The notes under the pieces are model-generated. The model searched no databases. It worked only from the letters and a program-made list of their open reading frames with translations, and was not told the DNA's origin. From NCBI GenBank assembly GCA_951406725.2, contig OX597824.1, positions 41,168,001 through 41,232,000 of the forward strand: a stretch of 64,000 nucleotides of DNA, in the 5' to 3' direction. This document shows positions 27,405 to 42,201 of this stretch, in pieces (the stretch's first letter is position 1; each line of letters opens with the position of its first letter). Made by a program: the position numbers and the translations under genes. The DNA is from Octopus vulgaris. Taxonomy: Eukaryota.

Positions 27405-27745
27405 GTGATATACAAGACAAGGCATAAATAATGGTCATGACAGCTTTTTCTTTATTGTAGTAAATTTGTCTTACAGTTGTTTCCAGTAGTCATTACAGGT
27501 TTGTTATTGATAGGTTTACTCAATCGGCCCATTGATCAGTTGAGAAAAAAAATTGAACCTAGAATATTAATGCTACTTTTAGCAGACGCATTTGTGGTCG
27601 TTCTGTTTTTCTCAGCCGATCAATGGGCCGATTAAATATACTTACCAAGAAAGAACCTATGATTACTACTGGAAACAGCTGTAAGTCAAATTTACTGCAG
27701 TAAAGAAAAATATGTAATGACCATTATTTATGCCTTGTCTTGCAG

Positions 27746-27750
<5 letters not shown>
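27405..27750. mobile_element. Foldback MITE with ~140-bp inverted arms
   Basis: CAAGACAAGGCATAAATAATGGTCAT...AATCGGCCCATTGATC versus GATCAATGGGCCGATT...ATGACCATTATTTATGCCTTGTCTTG. Confidence 0.8.
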
Positions 27751-27805
<55 letters not shown>

Positions 27806-28221
27806 GATCTTTTCGGTTTGAACGGCAATTTTTTCTAGCGGTGTCATGTGAAATTGTCACCCATAATTATGACCCTAGTATCGATCTATTGCATTTCAAT
27901 CTGTTTTACGGTTGGTTAGGGGTGGAGGGAAGGGCATCTTTTTTCTTCAGAAATGTAAATAAACCCAATCAGTTTCTTAAACGAGGGGCATATTCATACG
28001 GCACAGAATGGTTTTTTTTTTTACCTCAATGGACGTCATTGATTGGTTGAAATTGCAGAAATTGAAAAAAAACAACAACAAATATCTTACAAACTATAGA
28101 ATTTTCTCAATAAAGCCAAGAGAAAAAGATGTTTTATAAACACATTCCACCAGTATACGAAGTTTAAAATTTTTTAGTTACCTAGAAATTATGTTAAAAA
28201 CTGCCGTTCAAACCGAAAAGA

Positions 28222-28223
<2 letters not shown>
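27806..28223. mobile_element. MITE with ~28-bp TIRs inserted in (CA)n
   Basis: GATCTTTTCGGTTTGAACGGCAATTTTT ... AAAAACTGCCGTTCAAACCGAAAAGATC; (CA)n on both sides. Confidence 0.85.
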
Positions 28224-28265
<42 letters not shown>

Positions 28266-28479
28266 TCAATGCACATGCATTTACGGCGGATTTAGCATTT
28301 CCCTCCGTCGACTAAGTTTTTCTCACCAGTCATAACTTAATTCGTGGCGTTAATTATTTTACTGTGACATCGAACCCGGAATTACGCTCCTAGTAAAGAG
28401 AAATTGGGCAAAAAATGTGAGAATTGGAGAAATAGAAGGATACTACGAATGAACGAATCTTTGAATATAGGAAAGTAAT

Positions 28480-29160
28480 AATGGTTTCAAATTTTGCCAC
28501 AAGGGCAACGGTTTTGGGGGAGGGGATGAGTCGATTACATCGACCCCAGTGCGTAACTGGTACTTAATTTATCTACCCCGAAAATATGAAAGGCAAAGTC
28601 GATCTCGGCGGAATTTGAACTCAGACCGTATCGGCAGACGAAATACGGCTACGCATTTCGCCCGGCGTGCTAACGTTTCTGTCAGCTCGCCGCCTTTGGA
28701 AGATATATAATAAATACGAAATGAATTTTATATTAAATAATAGTTTTTAATTGAAGCACAAGGCCAGCAATTTTGAGGGTGGAATTTGTTGATACCATAA
28801 GTTATAGTACTTGATTGGGACTTTGTTTTATGAACTCTAAAAAGGGAGATTTGATCTTGGTGTGGTTTGGACTCAGAATTTTAAAATAAATAATGAAAAT
28901 AAAAATCATTAGAAGACTGAAAACTAATAAAGTTTTTTGAAATGACTGAAAGTTGGTTTCAAATTTTGGCACAAGGCCAGTAATTTCAGGAGTGGAGGTA
29001 AGTCGATTACATTGACCCCGGTGTTCAACTGGTACTTATCGACCTTGAAAGGATGAAGGCAAAGTTGACCTCAGCGGAATTTGAACTCAGATCGTACAAA
29101 CGAATGGAATACCTCTATGAATTTTACCTGGCGTGCTAGCGATTTTGTCAGCTTGCCTCT
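28480..29160 (-). mobile_element. Cluster of three SINE family B copies (28480-28700, 28740-28880, 28955-29160)
   Basis: Reverse-complement homology: GGCAAAGTCGA.CTCGGCGGAATTTGAACTCAG. Confidence 0.75.
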
Positions 29161-31354
29161 CTGAAATGAATGAAAATTAAAGGAATGAAAATAAATATTA
29201 GAAACAAAATGTAACGAAAGCAAGAATGCATATATAAAAAAAATAAAGAAACAAAAGTTTTAAAATAATAGCTGCAAAAGATTGCAAGAATAAAAAAATA
29301 GGAATAATTGAATAAGAGAATGAATTTATTGGAACAGAAATTATAAAGGAATGAAAGAATGAGGAAATAAAATACAGCAACATTGAAGAATAGCGGAAAA
29401 TTATATATAGGCACGCTAAAGGGATTATAGACATATTAAAAAGATCATTTCCGCATAAACGGATTGTTGATAAACAAGGAATTTGAATAGCTCTTATAGG
29501 ATTATGGATTAAAAGATTAACATCGTTATAGATGGATTGATGGAATGAAGGATTAGAAGGATTTTAATTGCACTAAATTAGACTAAGCCGGATTAAGGTG
29601 ATGACACATAGATTAGCCTAATAGAAAGATAATAAAAAGATTAAAGATTAAAGAAATAAAGAAGTACCACTCGGATTAACGAAGAATCGATATATTAAAA
29701 AGATAAGAAGATTCATATATTAAAAAGATTAAGATTCATCCATGAGGAAAAAAAAAGTAACAATCCAGAAATAAGGAAACATGCAACAATTAGTTAAGTT
29801 TATTAATTATAAACAGTTTAATGAGCAATGGAGTGGCAGCATCATTAGTACTTCGGAAACAAATGTCATAGGGTATTTCGGTCCTTTAAGCTTATAATTC
29901 AAGTCGTCCGAACATTTTCAACCGCCCATGGATATTTCAAACCACCCCAGGAGTATATTTTCGCCACATTATGAGTGCAATTTGGATGGTCTTCAGCAGA
30001 TTGCTTTGCCTCATATGAAACGAAGTCGTTATCCGATGGATTATAATTCTCATTTATAATCCATCGGATTATGAGATTTATTCAACATCCAAGACATGCT
30101 AAAAAAAAAAAATGTTAGAAAAAGAAAATAGGTGATTGCAAATATTTTTTAAAGTGTATATATTTTATACATATTTACATTTTACATAAAACTTGCACAT
30201 TCCCTTCGTCAGCTGTCCACAGGAGATGATAGCGATGTCGACACTTGCTTATTGTATCGCTCCCTTCAGTGGCGTCAAGCAGCATTGATGGATGCTATCA
30301 AGGAATGTCCGGGTTCTTTTATATACAAAAAAATTAACCTAAATACTTAATGGAAATTAATGGAATAATTTAAATACCATGAAACGCTCTAATAGCAATG
30401 TAAAACATCATTTGTTTATGTCTCAGTTTGACTCTGAAGCAAAATAAACAAGTACACTCACGTATACACGCGTGCATGCACAAATGCACGCGCACACATC
30501 TACATGTAGCCTAAGGACTCTTAAGAAGAGTTAATTATTATTGAGATCTGTGACTATGTCGGAAATGCAAAGCAATATTACAACCATTTTATTTTATTTG
30601 TTTTATAAATTTTTTTATACATATTTTTGCTGTATATTTTTGCGAGATATCGTTTTAACCGATCAAAGTTGTTGAAGGAAGGACATTGCTAACGGACCAA
30701 TGATTTTCCTGTCCTGCACCATTAGTCGAATGCTATTAGCGTTGAGGAAGAGGTGATGCATGATAAAAGCTGCAAAGAATGACCGTAGGTGAGTGAATCC
30801 GGTCAGCTGAAAGACGGAGAAGGACATTCTTTCGGTTGGAGGTGTTTCTTCTACTTGCTTCATTACGTTCCATTCGCTGTGACCCTATCGTCCTTGTATA
30901 ACGACACACTCAAGATGTTGACGTACTATGCTGTCACGTGGAAAGAAGCGCGCGTTCTTACGCTCTCTCCTTTTCTTTTCTTTCTTTTTCTTTCCCTTCA
31001 TTCATTTATTTCTTTCCATTCTCTTTCACTTTTCTTTCTCCATTTTCCTTTCATCGAATCTATTTTGTTTTCTTCGTGTTCCCAAGAGTCGAAATGTCCA
31101 CAAAAATATTACATTTTAACCCACTTTCTTTTTTCCTGTTTATCTTTACGCCGCCACCTGACTCCTTCCCGACTTGTTTGTCTGTCTGTCTGTCTGTTTA
31201 TTTATCTATCTGTCTACAGCTATCTGATTTGTCAGCCTCTTTATCTGTTTATCAATATCTTTGCCGCTGTTATTGTCTTCTATATATCTATTAATCTATA
31301 TATCTATCTAGCTATCTGTCTGTTTGCCTGCCTGTTTGTTTGTTTGTCTGTCTG

Positions 31355-31441
<87 letters not shown>

Positions 31442-31799
31442 CTCTTTCTCTCTCTCCGTCTCTCTCTCTCACTATCTCTCTCTCTATATATATCTATGTA
31501 TCTATACATCTTCCTTAGTCCCCCCCCCCTACACTTTCTCTACATTCTCTCATTTCTGTTTCCAACTCTCTTAATCAACACCACACCACACCACCACTAC
31601 CTCGTTTCCCCTTCTCTATTCTCCTTCTCTTTAATTACGTCAAGGAGTCAGATGTTGGCATATTCAATAAACAAAAACCATGAAACGAAAAATTCCTTCG
31701 ATGAAATCATAGTGTAATGATTTTTCTTTCATCTCTTCCACTGCATATTTGGCACACACTGAAAGTTCAAGAAGGTCAGACTAAATAACGATAATTGTT

Positions 31800-32339
31800 G
31801 TGTGAGTGTGTGCGTGTGTCTGTGTGCATATATTCATCAATATATGTATATATAAAATTATATATGTATATATACCTTATATGTATATATAAATTCATAT
31901 ATGCATATATATTATATATGTATATATTTACATTTATATATGTATATATACATTTATACATGTATATGTATATATGTATGTATAAATATATATAGGTATC
32001 TATATATGCGTGTATATATACATTTATATATGTATATATGCATATTTTTAAGTATTATATATCTGTGTACATATAAATATATATATATGTATCTCCGTAT
32101 ATATGTATATGTGTATATATATATATGTATATACGTATATATATATATATATGTATATATGTATATATATATATATATGTATATATATGTATATATATAT
32201 ATGTATATATATATATTTGTATATATATATGTATATATATGTATATATATGTGTATATATGTATATAAATATCTGTATATATATATATATATATCTATAT
32301 GTATATATGTATATATATGTGTATATATGTATATAAATA

Positions 32340-32382
<43 letters not shown>

Positions 32383-35084
32383 GTATATATGTATATATGT
32401 ATATATGTATATATATGTATATATGTATATATATGCGTATGTATGCATACATACCCACACACTCGCATGCATCCCTACCCACATACATACACGCACACCT
32501 ACTCACACACACACATACACACACACACACATACCCGCACACACACACATACATACATACACACACATACCTACTTCAGACATACACACATACAGACATA
32601 CACCCATACACTCACACTCACACGCATACACACACACACATACACACGCACACGTACACCCATACACTCACACACATTACACACACACACACACACTTAC
32701 ATTCATACACACACACACCTACACAGCCATACCCTCACTCAGACACACACACCTACCTACACACACACACAAACACAGAGACACACACCCATACATACAT
32801 ACATCTACACACACACGCCTACACACATACATACACACATACATAAACACACACACATACACATACACACACATACGCACACACACATATACTTATACAC
32901 ATGCACACACACACACATACATACATACACCCATACACATACACACACACATACCTACATACTCCTATACGCACATACATACACACAGACATACACACAT
33001 ACACACTCACACAAACATACACACACACATACTTACACACACACTCACCTGCACGCGCACACACATGCATGACAAACACCCATACACTCACACTCACATA
33101 CGCACACACCAACATAAACACGCACACGCACACACACACCTACACTCCCACACACATACACACGCACCTACATACACACACGCACGCATACACACGCACA
33201 CACACGCATACACACATACATTACACACGTACACACACACCTACATACATATGCATACACACACACACACAAACATGCACGGACACACCCAGACATACAT
33301 ACATACACCTATATACACACGCCACACACCTACATACACACACATATACACACGCCCACACACCTACATACACACACATACATACACACACATACACGAA
33401 CACACCCATACATACTTACATTCATACACCTATACACACACGCCTACACACCTACATACACACACATGCATACACACACACACATGTACGCACATACACA
33501 CACATATACGCACATACATATATACCCACACACATGCACACACACACACATACGCACATGCATGCATGCATGCACACGCGCACACCTACACGCATACACA
33601 CACACACACGCACGTACACATACATACATACACACACACATACATACACCCATACACATACATGCATCCTACACACACATACATACACACTCACACATAC
33701 ATACACACACACACACTCACTCACACACCTGTATGTACGCGCACACACATGCACATACACACACTTCCACACACCCACACGTACATACATACACACTCAT
33801 ACACATACACACACACACACACACGGACATACATCTATGCACACACATACACACATACTCACATACTCACATACACACATACTCACATACATTCATCGGA
33901 CACACTGACACCCAGACATACACACAGACACACTCACACATCCACACACATACATACTTACGCGCATACTCGCAGGCGCGCGCACACACGCGCTTGCGCC
34001 GGTTCGCGCACGCATACGCGCCGCATGCACCTCGCTCTTGGACCCGACGAGACCTCCCGCTCGTTCCTGGGACCGTCGCTTGTCGTTGGGTTTTCCCACG
34101 CCCGTCTCCGCGGGACCACTCTTCCATCTTCCCCTCAGCTGTAGTCCTTTTTTCTTAACCCCCCCTTTTTTTGTTACACACACGCGCACACATATACACA
34201 CATTGCTTAAATATATACATTACTCTTACACACATTCAATCTACTCGCCATTAATACTACCACGACACTGGACACACACACACACTACTACTCAACACAC
34301 GCTGGCACGCTACATACGCCCCCACCCCTTCCCCTCCCTCCCTTCCTCTTTCCTTCTTTTTCTTACTACTGACCACTGTCTGCTTGCCTACCACTGTCTC
34401 GCCCTACCTCACATGCCTACACACAGACGCACACACTAACACATACATATATTTTTTGTTTTTTTATCTCGCCTCACACACACACATACACACACGCACA
34501 CGCACACACTCACACATACACACACATCTGTTGCGTTACCAACCTTGTCTCCACTCTTTGGCTTTAAAAACCTACTTTGCTCTTGTTATCGTAAACTTCC
34601 GCCTTTCACCATGTGTAACTCGTAAACACCAGTCGTTTTTTTTTCTCTATCCCTGTTGCCCGCTTTGGGATCTTTCTTTCCTCTCTCTTCCTTCTTTATG
34701 TTTCCGACGAAGAGCTCCGCTCGAAACGTCATACCTTCCTGCTTCCATTTCCTGAGCGCCTATTAATAATAATACTGTAATTGTTCCATTGTTGTTGTTT
34801 TTTTTGTTTTCCCGTTGGATTAAAATTATATATGTATATATGTATATATATATGTATATATATATGTATATGTATATATATATATGTATATGTATATATT
34901 TATATGTATATGAATATGCATATGTATATATATATATGTATATGAATATGTATATATATATATGTATATGAATATGTATATATATATGTATATGAATATG
35001 TATATATATATATGTATATGTACATATGTATATGTGTATATATGTATATGTATATATGTATATGTATATATATATGTATGTATG

Positions 35085-35115
<31 letters not shown>

Positions 35116-35515
35116 ATGCCTGTATATGTATATATATGCATACATTTACATATATATGTATATGTATACATTTATATATATATATATATGTATATGTATA
35201 TATATGTATATACATATGTATATGTATATATGTATATATATGTATATACATATGTATATGTATATTATGTATACGTAAATATATATGTATATATGTATAT
35301 ATATGTATACGTAAATATATATGTATATATATATATATATGTATATGTATATGTATATATTTGTATATGTATATATATATGTATATGAATATATATGTAT
35401 ATATACGTATATATATATGTATATATATTTATATATATATATAAGTATATATAGTGTGTGTATATATATATATGTATATATGAATATGTATATATGTATA
35501 TATGTGTATATATGA
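31800..35515. repeat. Long degenerate (TA)/(CA) low-complexity region
   Basis: Imperfect TATATG then CACATA runs over ~3.7 kb. Confidence 0.85.
34640..34830 (+). mobile_element. Hammerhead mini-element copy with mutated core
   Basis: GTTT-CCGACGA-A-GAGC-TCC-GCTC-GAAA-CG-TC-ATAC at 34700-34734; shared CCTGAGCG...AATAATACT downstream. Confidence 0.65.
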
Positions 35516-36064
35516 ATTAGACTTTAGTGTGAGGAAAAGTTGACTGGGTATTAGAGAAAAGAGTATGGATTGTTAAACACCTAAAAATTATCCAGATATT
35601 TTAATAGCAACCTCAAATACGATCGGGTTAAATATGAGAAAAATTTATTGCAAAAGAAAAAAAAAAGAAAAAGATACCTATAATCTCACTTTGTTCAAAA
35701 TCACTCAACTTCAACAACAACTGTGCTGACCAATATGTACGGCTAAAGATGATGCAAGAATACAAAATGCTGATGCAATGCTTGCAATGTAATGATTTCA
35801 AATAGGCCGGGGTATAAAATAACAAGAAATTATAAACTACCTATTTTACTCCGGTTACGAATTTTCCCCCACCACCTATACACACGCACGCACACGCATA
35901 CATATATATATGACAAGCAGAGTAGGTAGTTAAAAAATCTCTATAAGAGATGAAAGTACTAACTGTACTTAGAAGGAGGATCCTCTTGAGGTTAAAAACG
36001 GTACAACCGTATTGATGTGACGATAAACGTTACTTCTGTGTGTGTGTTTGTGTGTGTGTGTGTG

Positions 36065-36365
36065 GTGGGGCAATGGCCCAGTGGTTAGGGCAGCGGACTC
36101 GCGGTTGTAGGATCGTGGTTTCGATTCCCAGACCGGGCGTTGGGAGTGTTTATTGAGCGAAAATACCTAATACTCCACGAGGCTCTGGCAGTGGGTGGTG
36201 GCGATCCCTGCTGTACTCTTTCGCCGCAACTTTCTTTCACTCTTTCTTCTGTTGGCCTGCTCGCTTAGCCAGCGGGGTGGCGTCATTTGAAGGGTAAAAC
36301 AATGCGAAGCGCATTGTGACCAGCGATGTGTAGCAACATCTGATAGCCTGGTCGGTAACGGTGAT
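36065..36365 (+). mobile_element. SINE family C, tail type 2
   Basis: Same head as 15258 up to ...ACTTTCTTTCACTCTT, then an unrelated 3' half. Confidence 0.8.
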
Positions 36366-36444
36366 CATGGCAATATATATATACATATGATGACATATAA
36401 CACATGCATATCACACACACACACACATATAGTAAAGTGTGGAG

Positions 36445-36655
36445 GCACATGGCCTCTCCACGCCACCGATGTCATCCAAGGGAAAAGCAAAGGCAGATAC
36501 AGCTTGGCACCAGTGACGTCGCAACTCATTTCTACAGCTGAGTGAACTGGAGCAACGTGAGATAAAGTGTCTTGCTCAAGAACTCAACACGCAGCCTGGT
36601 CCAGGAATCGAACTTACAACCTCGACGCTCTAACCACTGAGCCATGCGCCTTCAC
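36445..36655 (-). mobile_element. tRNA-derived SINE family F
   Basis: rc TGAAGGCGCATGGCTCAGTGGTTAGAGCGTC...TTCTTGAGCAAGACACTT; homologous to 40215-40490. Confidence 0.75.
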
Positions 36656-36743
36656 ACATGCATGTAATGTATATAAAATCTAAATATGTACACACATACA
36701 CACACATATATTTACATGTATATATATATATATATATACATAT

Positions 36744-36816
<73 letters not shown>

Positions 36817-36821
36817 GTGTA

Positions 36822-37050
36822 GCAGCGAGCTGGCAGAAACGTTAGCACGTCGGGCGAAATGCGTAGCCGTATTTCGTCTGCCGTTAAGTGTTCTGGGTTC
36901 AAATTCCGCCGAGGTCGACTTTGCCTTTCATCCTTTCGGGGTCGATAAATTAAGTACCAGTTACGCACTGGTGTCGATCTAATCGACTTAATCCCTTTGT
37001 CTGTCCTTGTTTGTCCCCTCTATGTTTAGCCCCTTGTGGGTAGTAAAGAA

Positions 37051-37052
<2 letters not shown>
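36822..37052 (+). mobile_element. SINE family B, alternative tail (...GTGGGTAGTAAAGAAATA)
   Basis: Near-identical to 37374-37604. Confidence 0.85.
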
Positions 37053-37084
<32 letters not shown>

Positions 37085-37373
37085 GTCTTTATATGTGTAT
37101 GTGTATACATATATACACATACACGTGAACACACACACGCACAGATTTACATAAATATGCATACGTACATGCACGCACACACACACGTATACGCTCACAC
37201 ACGTACACACAGGCACGCACGCACAAACACACGTATCCTTTGGTCAACTTCATATTCAATTGTTTGGTCAAAGTTGAACTGGTTTTTCTGCACACTTACT
37301 GTATATTTGCAAGACCAGCAGAAGTGGATGGTTTCTTGCATTAGAAGCCAACTCCACAGGTATTCCATAGTCT

Positions 37374-37604
37374 AAGGCGGCGAGCTGGCAGAAACGTTAG
37401 CACGCCGGGCGAAATACGTAGCCGTATTTCGTCTGCCGTTACGTTCTGAGTTCAAATTCCGCCGATTCGACTTTGTCTTTCATCCTTTCGGGGTCGATAA
37501 ATTAAGTACCAGTTACGCACTGGGGTCGATGTAATCGCCTTAATTCTTTTCTCTGTCCTTGTTTGTCCTCTCTGTGTTTAGCCACTTGTGGGTAGTAAAG
37601 AAAT
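37374..37604 (+). mobile_element. SINE family B, full length with 16-bp target-site duplication
   Basis: AGGTATTCCATAGTCT at 37358-37373 and 37605-37620. Confidence 0.9.
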
Positions 37605-37734
37605 AGGTATTCCATAGTCTGTGATGCTATTGGTTGTTTCATATTGCGTTATTGAGGAGCTCTTTGTACGCATATGTTAAGTGTCACGTTATCTCTACCA
37701 TTTCCAGTTTCTTGTTTATTCTTATATTTTATTC

Positions 37735-38138
37735 CTTTACTTGTTTTAGTCATTTGACTGCAGCCATACTGGAGCACCTCCTTTAAGAGCTTTTCAGTCG
37801 AAGAAATCGACCCTAGGACTTATTCTTTGTAAGCCTAGTACTTATTGTATCAGTCTCTTTTGCCGAGCCGCTAAGTTACGGGGACGTAAACACACCAGCA
37901 TCGGTTGTCAAATGATGGTGGGTGGACAGACACAGACACAAGAACACACGCATAAATACACACACACACATTTATACGACGGGCTTCGTTCAGTTTCCGC
38001 CTACCAAATTCACTCACAAGGGTTTGTCGACCCGAGGCTGTCGTAGAAAACACTTGCCCTAGGTGACACGCAGTGGGACTGAATCCAGAACCACGTGGAT
38101 GGTAAGCAAGCTTCTTACCATACAACCACGCCTACGCC
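37735..38138 (-). mobile_element. SINE family A, full length
   Basis: Reverse complement begins GGCGTAGGCGTGGTTGTATGGTAAG. Confidence 0.85.
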
Positions 38139-38142
38139 TCTT

Positions 38143-38423
38143 TAGGAGTCTCCAACCACCGGGCCGCACACTAGTACCGGGCCGCACAGAAAGTGTAAAA
38201 TTTAACACACTATTTCTATTTTATTAACTATCACAATTACAGGGTGTTTATGCATTATATGCGCATTATATATGTAATACATATGTATTATATATGTAGT
38301 ATATATGTATTAAACATACAATAATTAAATAACATATGCGCTTTATTGTATTTTATGCGCGTGATCCTTTGGACCGTCTTGCTAGAAACCGGTCCGTGTT
38401 GCAAAAAAGCTTAGGGACTGCTG
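38143..38423. mobile_element. hAT-Charlie-like MITE
   Basis: Ends TAGGAGTCTCCAACCACCGGGCCGC...TACCGGGCCGCACAG and GAAACCGGTCCGTGTTGCAAAAAAGCTTAGGGACTGCTG resemble MER1/Charlie3-type termini. Confidence 0.65.
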
Positions 38424-39377
38424 CTTTACTCATCTTTCATATACATTAAGCAGTGGTAGCTGTTCACTTGTCATCATTCCTATTGTTGCCAAGGATGGTC
38501 GGTTATTGTTCCTTCCTTCCCATGAAGTTGTTCTTATCTCACTTCCACTCACACGCCACTTACACACATAATGTTAAAACCACCTCATTCACCAATCAAC
38601 GCAAACATCGACTGTAACGTTGCTTACTCAGCTTTCTGGTTTTTACCTTTGCAAGTGTTTGACCGACTTTTTTCATACATCATCCATTTAAACTCACCTT
38701 TTCTTACAAGCCACACACCAACCAATCTACTTCCTTCCTTCATTATTATCATGATTCCTGATAGAAAAACACAAAACAACTTATTTTCTTTTTCTTTCTT
38801 GTTATCTCTCTTCTCTAATTTGACAAAGTGCTTATACTCGAAATATTGATAATTTTTTTTCCTTTCTATACAGCAAAAACTTATTGACTTATTCAAAACT
38901 ACTTTTATTTTTCCTATGTATGCATATGTATTTATGCATGCATACACAAATATGCAATGAGTCTGACAAACAGATGAACAGTCAAACCGTCAGTTTCAAC
39001 GATGTATTGCTATACACGTGTATGTGTGTGTGTGTATTCGTGTGTTCAGGATGGAGAGAAAGAAAGAAGCAGGGAAAAAAGAAGCTTGACCAAGGAAATT
39101 AAAGGAAGTCGTATTTGCATATACGCATACACAAGACAAAAACACAAATGCATACGTTTCTATAGACACACACGCTCGTGTGTGTGTGTGTATGTTTGTG
39201 TGTGTGTTTGTGTGTGTATGTATGTAAATTTACATACACGCATACATACACAGACATATACACACCCACACGTTGAAGAGCAAGTGTAACACTATGAGGA
39301 TAGACAGAGGAAGCACTGATTTCAAAAGACAGTGTGAAAGAGAGGAAGGATAAAAAGGAAGAGACATAAAGTGAGAG

Positions 39378-39496
<119 letters not shown>

Positions 39497-39561
39497 AGTC
39501 GTTGGAGCGATGGGTTTGATAGTAAAATGTCCACACTGGGTTGAAATCCGAAACAGGACGC

Positions 39562-39575
39562 GTAACCATGGTGAC
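39562..39575. promoter_or_regulatory. RFX X-box-like motif overlapping a TGACGT half-CRE
   Basis: GTAACCATGGTGAC in a CpG-containing unique island. Confidence 0.4.
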
Positions 39576-40214
39576 GTGACGCGTGTACAACGGATCAATT
39601 TATCCCATTCATTTGTTTCCCTCCAGGAATGATATAGTGTGTGTGTGTGTGTGTGTGTGTGTATGAGTATGTGTGCAAATGTGTGAACGTGTGTGTGAGT
39701 ATGTGCATGTTTGTGTGAGCATGTGCGTGTGTGTATGCGTATATACAGGTGTGTATGTAAGTATGTGTATGTGCGTGCCCGTAATCATGCGTGTGTGGGC
39801 GTGCTTTTGTATATGATGGGTCTGTGCGCGAACTTGTATATATTGTCGTGTTATTTTTATGTTTATGAATGAGAATGAATGCGTGCAGAGTTATAAATAT
39901 ATGCGTGTGGCTATGTGTATGAGTGCGTGAGTGCGTGTATGTGTGTGAGTATAAGCTATATGTGTTTATGTGCGTATGGAGATGTGTATACCTATGATTC
40001 TTGTAAATGAGTGAATCTGTCTATGTGCGTGTTTGCGAACCATGTATGTATGTGTGTATGTGTGTGTATGTGTGTGTGTATGTGCGTGTATGTACGTATG
40101 CTCATCTATATGTCAGTATGCATTTGAATATGTTTATGAATGCGTATGGGTATGTATGTAGATGTATATACACACACATCATCTTAATTGCTTGTGTGTA
40201 TATGTGTGTGAATA

Positions 40215-40490
40215 TGAAGGCGCATGGCTCAGTTGTTAGAATGTCGGGCTCACAATCATGGGGTAGTGAGTTCGATTCCCGGACCGGGCTGTGTGTTGAG
40301 TTCTTGAGCAAGACACTTTATTTCACTCAGCTGCAGAAATGAGTTGCGACGTCACAGGTGTCAAGCTGTATTGACCTTTGCCTTTCCCTCGGATGACATC
40401 AGTGACGTGGAAAGAGGGGAAGGCTGGTATGCATAGGTGACTGTTGGTCTTCCATGAACAACCTTGCTCGGACTTGTGCCTCGGAGGGTT
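40215..40490 (+). mobile_element. tRNA-derived SINE family F
   Basis: TGAAGGCGCATGGCTCAGTTGTTAGAA...GAGTTCGATTCCC. Confidence 0.75.
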
Positions 40491-40494
40491 GCTT

Positions 40495-40621
40495 TTAGTC
40501 GAACAAATTGACCCCAGAACTTATTCTTTGTAAGCCTAGTACTTACTTTATCTTTCTCTTTTGGCGAACAGCTAGAATTACGGGGACGTAAACACACCCA
40601 TATAGGTTGTCAAGCGATGGT

Positions 40622-40665
<44 letters not shown>

Positions 40666-40812
40666 CGAACTTCTTTCAGTTTCCGTCTACCAAATCCACT
40701 CACAAGGCTTTGGTCGGCCCGAGGCTATATTAGAAGACACTTGCCCGAGGTGTCACGCAGTGGGACTGAACCCGGAACCATGTGGTTGCTAAGCAAAGCT
40801 TCTTACCACACA
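40495..40812 (-). mobile_element. SINE family A with internal (CA)n
   Basis: Reverse-complement homology to 16754-17205. Confidence 0.8.
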
Positions 40813-40827
40813 TCCATCCATCCATCC

Positions 40828-41045
40828 TATTTCTTTATTACCCACAAGGGGCTAAATACAGAGGGGACAAACAAGGACAGACATAGGTATTAAGTCGATT
40901 ACATCGACCCCAGTGCGTAACTGGTACTTAATTTATCGACCCCGAAAGGATGAAAGGCAAAGTCGACCTCGGCGGAATTTGAACTCAGAACGAAATACCG
41001 CTCAGCATTTCGCCCGGCGTGCTAACGTTTCTGTCAGCTCACCGT
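40828..41045 (-). mobile_element. SINE family B
   Basis: Reverse complement of the 36822-37052 type. Confidence 0.85.
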
Positions 41046-41064
41046 ACATACACACACACGCACG

Positions 41065-41106
<42 letters not shown>

Positions 41107-41238
41107 ATGAAAAATGTATAAACAAACGACGTAACGTATACTTAATATAAAAACGACCGGGAGACAAACAGAAGCTCCATAATTCTTCATCAGTTATCGA
41201 CCACTGGTACTCTATATATTTAGATAAGAATACACACA

Positions 41239-41310
<72 letters not shown>

Positions 41311-41363
41311 CATCCATCCATCCATCCATCCATCCATCCATCCATCCATCCATCCATCCATCC

Positions 41364-41469
<106 letters not shown>

Positions 41470-41723
41470 GTGTGTGTATGTATATTTATGTATATATGTA
41501 TGTGTATGTGCGTGTGTGTGGTTGGCTACACCCTCTTTTTTTGTTGTCTTTATCCATCTTTCGAAACTTTATATTGACACAAGTGTACTGGTATGGGTAA
41601 GGTATATGCATCGTTCGTGTGAGTTCGTAAGTGTTCGTGTGCGTCCGTATCTATCAGTTCATCTTTTAGCCGGGCATTACCTGGAGACTGCAACAGTAAG
41701 GTGAATGACTGTTTAAAGACGCA

Positions 41724-41737
41724 GTAACTATGGCAAC
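41724..41737. promoter_or_regulatory. RFX X-box motif
   Basis: GTAACTATGGCAAC, close match to GTNRCCATGGYAAC. Confidence 0.45.
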
Positions 41738-41909
41738 CAGAAAGGTATAATAAAAGTAATCATTTCTTTCGATACTATTTATGGGGTATCCCATCCCACT
41801 TCAACCACCACTACCACCACTTTACTTTTACCACTGCATCTTTCTGTTATTGATTTAGAAAAGCTGTGATGACACCAGGGTTTGATTTATAAATGTAAAT
41901 CTATATATC

Positions 41910-42001
<92 letters not shown>

Positions 42002-42088
42002 ATTTACTTATCTTTCTACCTATATATCTACCTATGTTATCTACCTACCTACCTACATACCTACCTACCTACCTACCTACCTACCTAC

Positions 42089-42201
<113 letters not shown>

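Noticed and set aside
30660-30960. Unique segment with AG|GTGAGT donor-like site near 30788
   Set aside because: No open frame with recognisable similarity and no clear acceptor
33960-34145. GC-rich CpG-island-like patch
   Set aside because: Reads like a garbled copy of the hammerhead mini-element (CCGACGAGACCTCCCGCTCG) inside noisy CA sequence; probably low-quality assembly consensus
41120-41200. Minus-strand CTGATGA + hairpin (similar CTGACGA at 30205-30211)
   Set aside because: No GAAA or stem III follows; not a complete ribozyme
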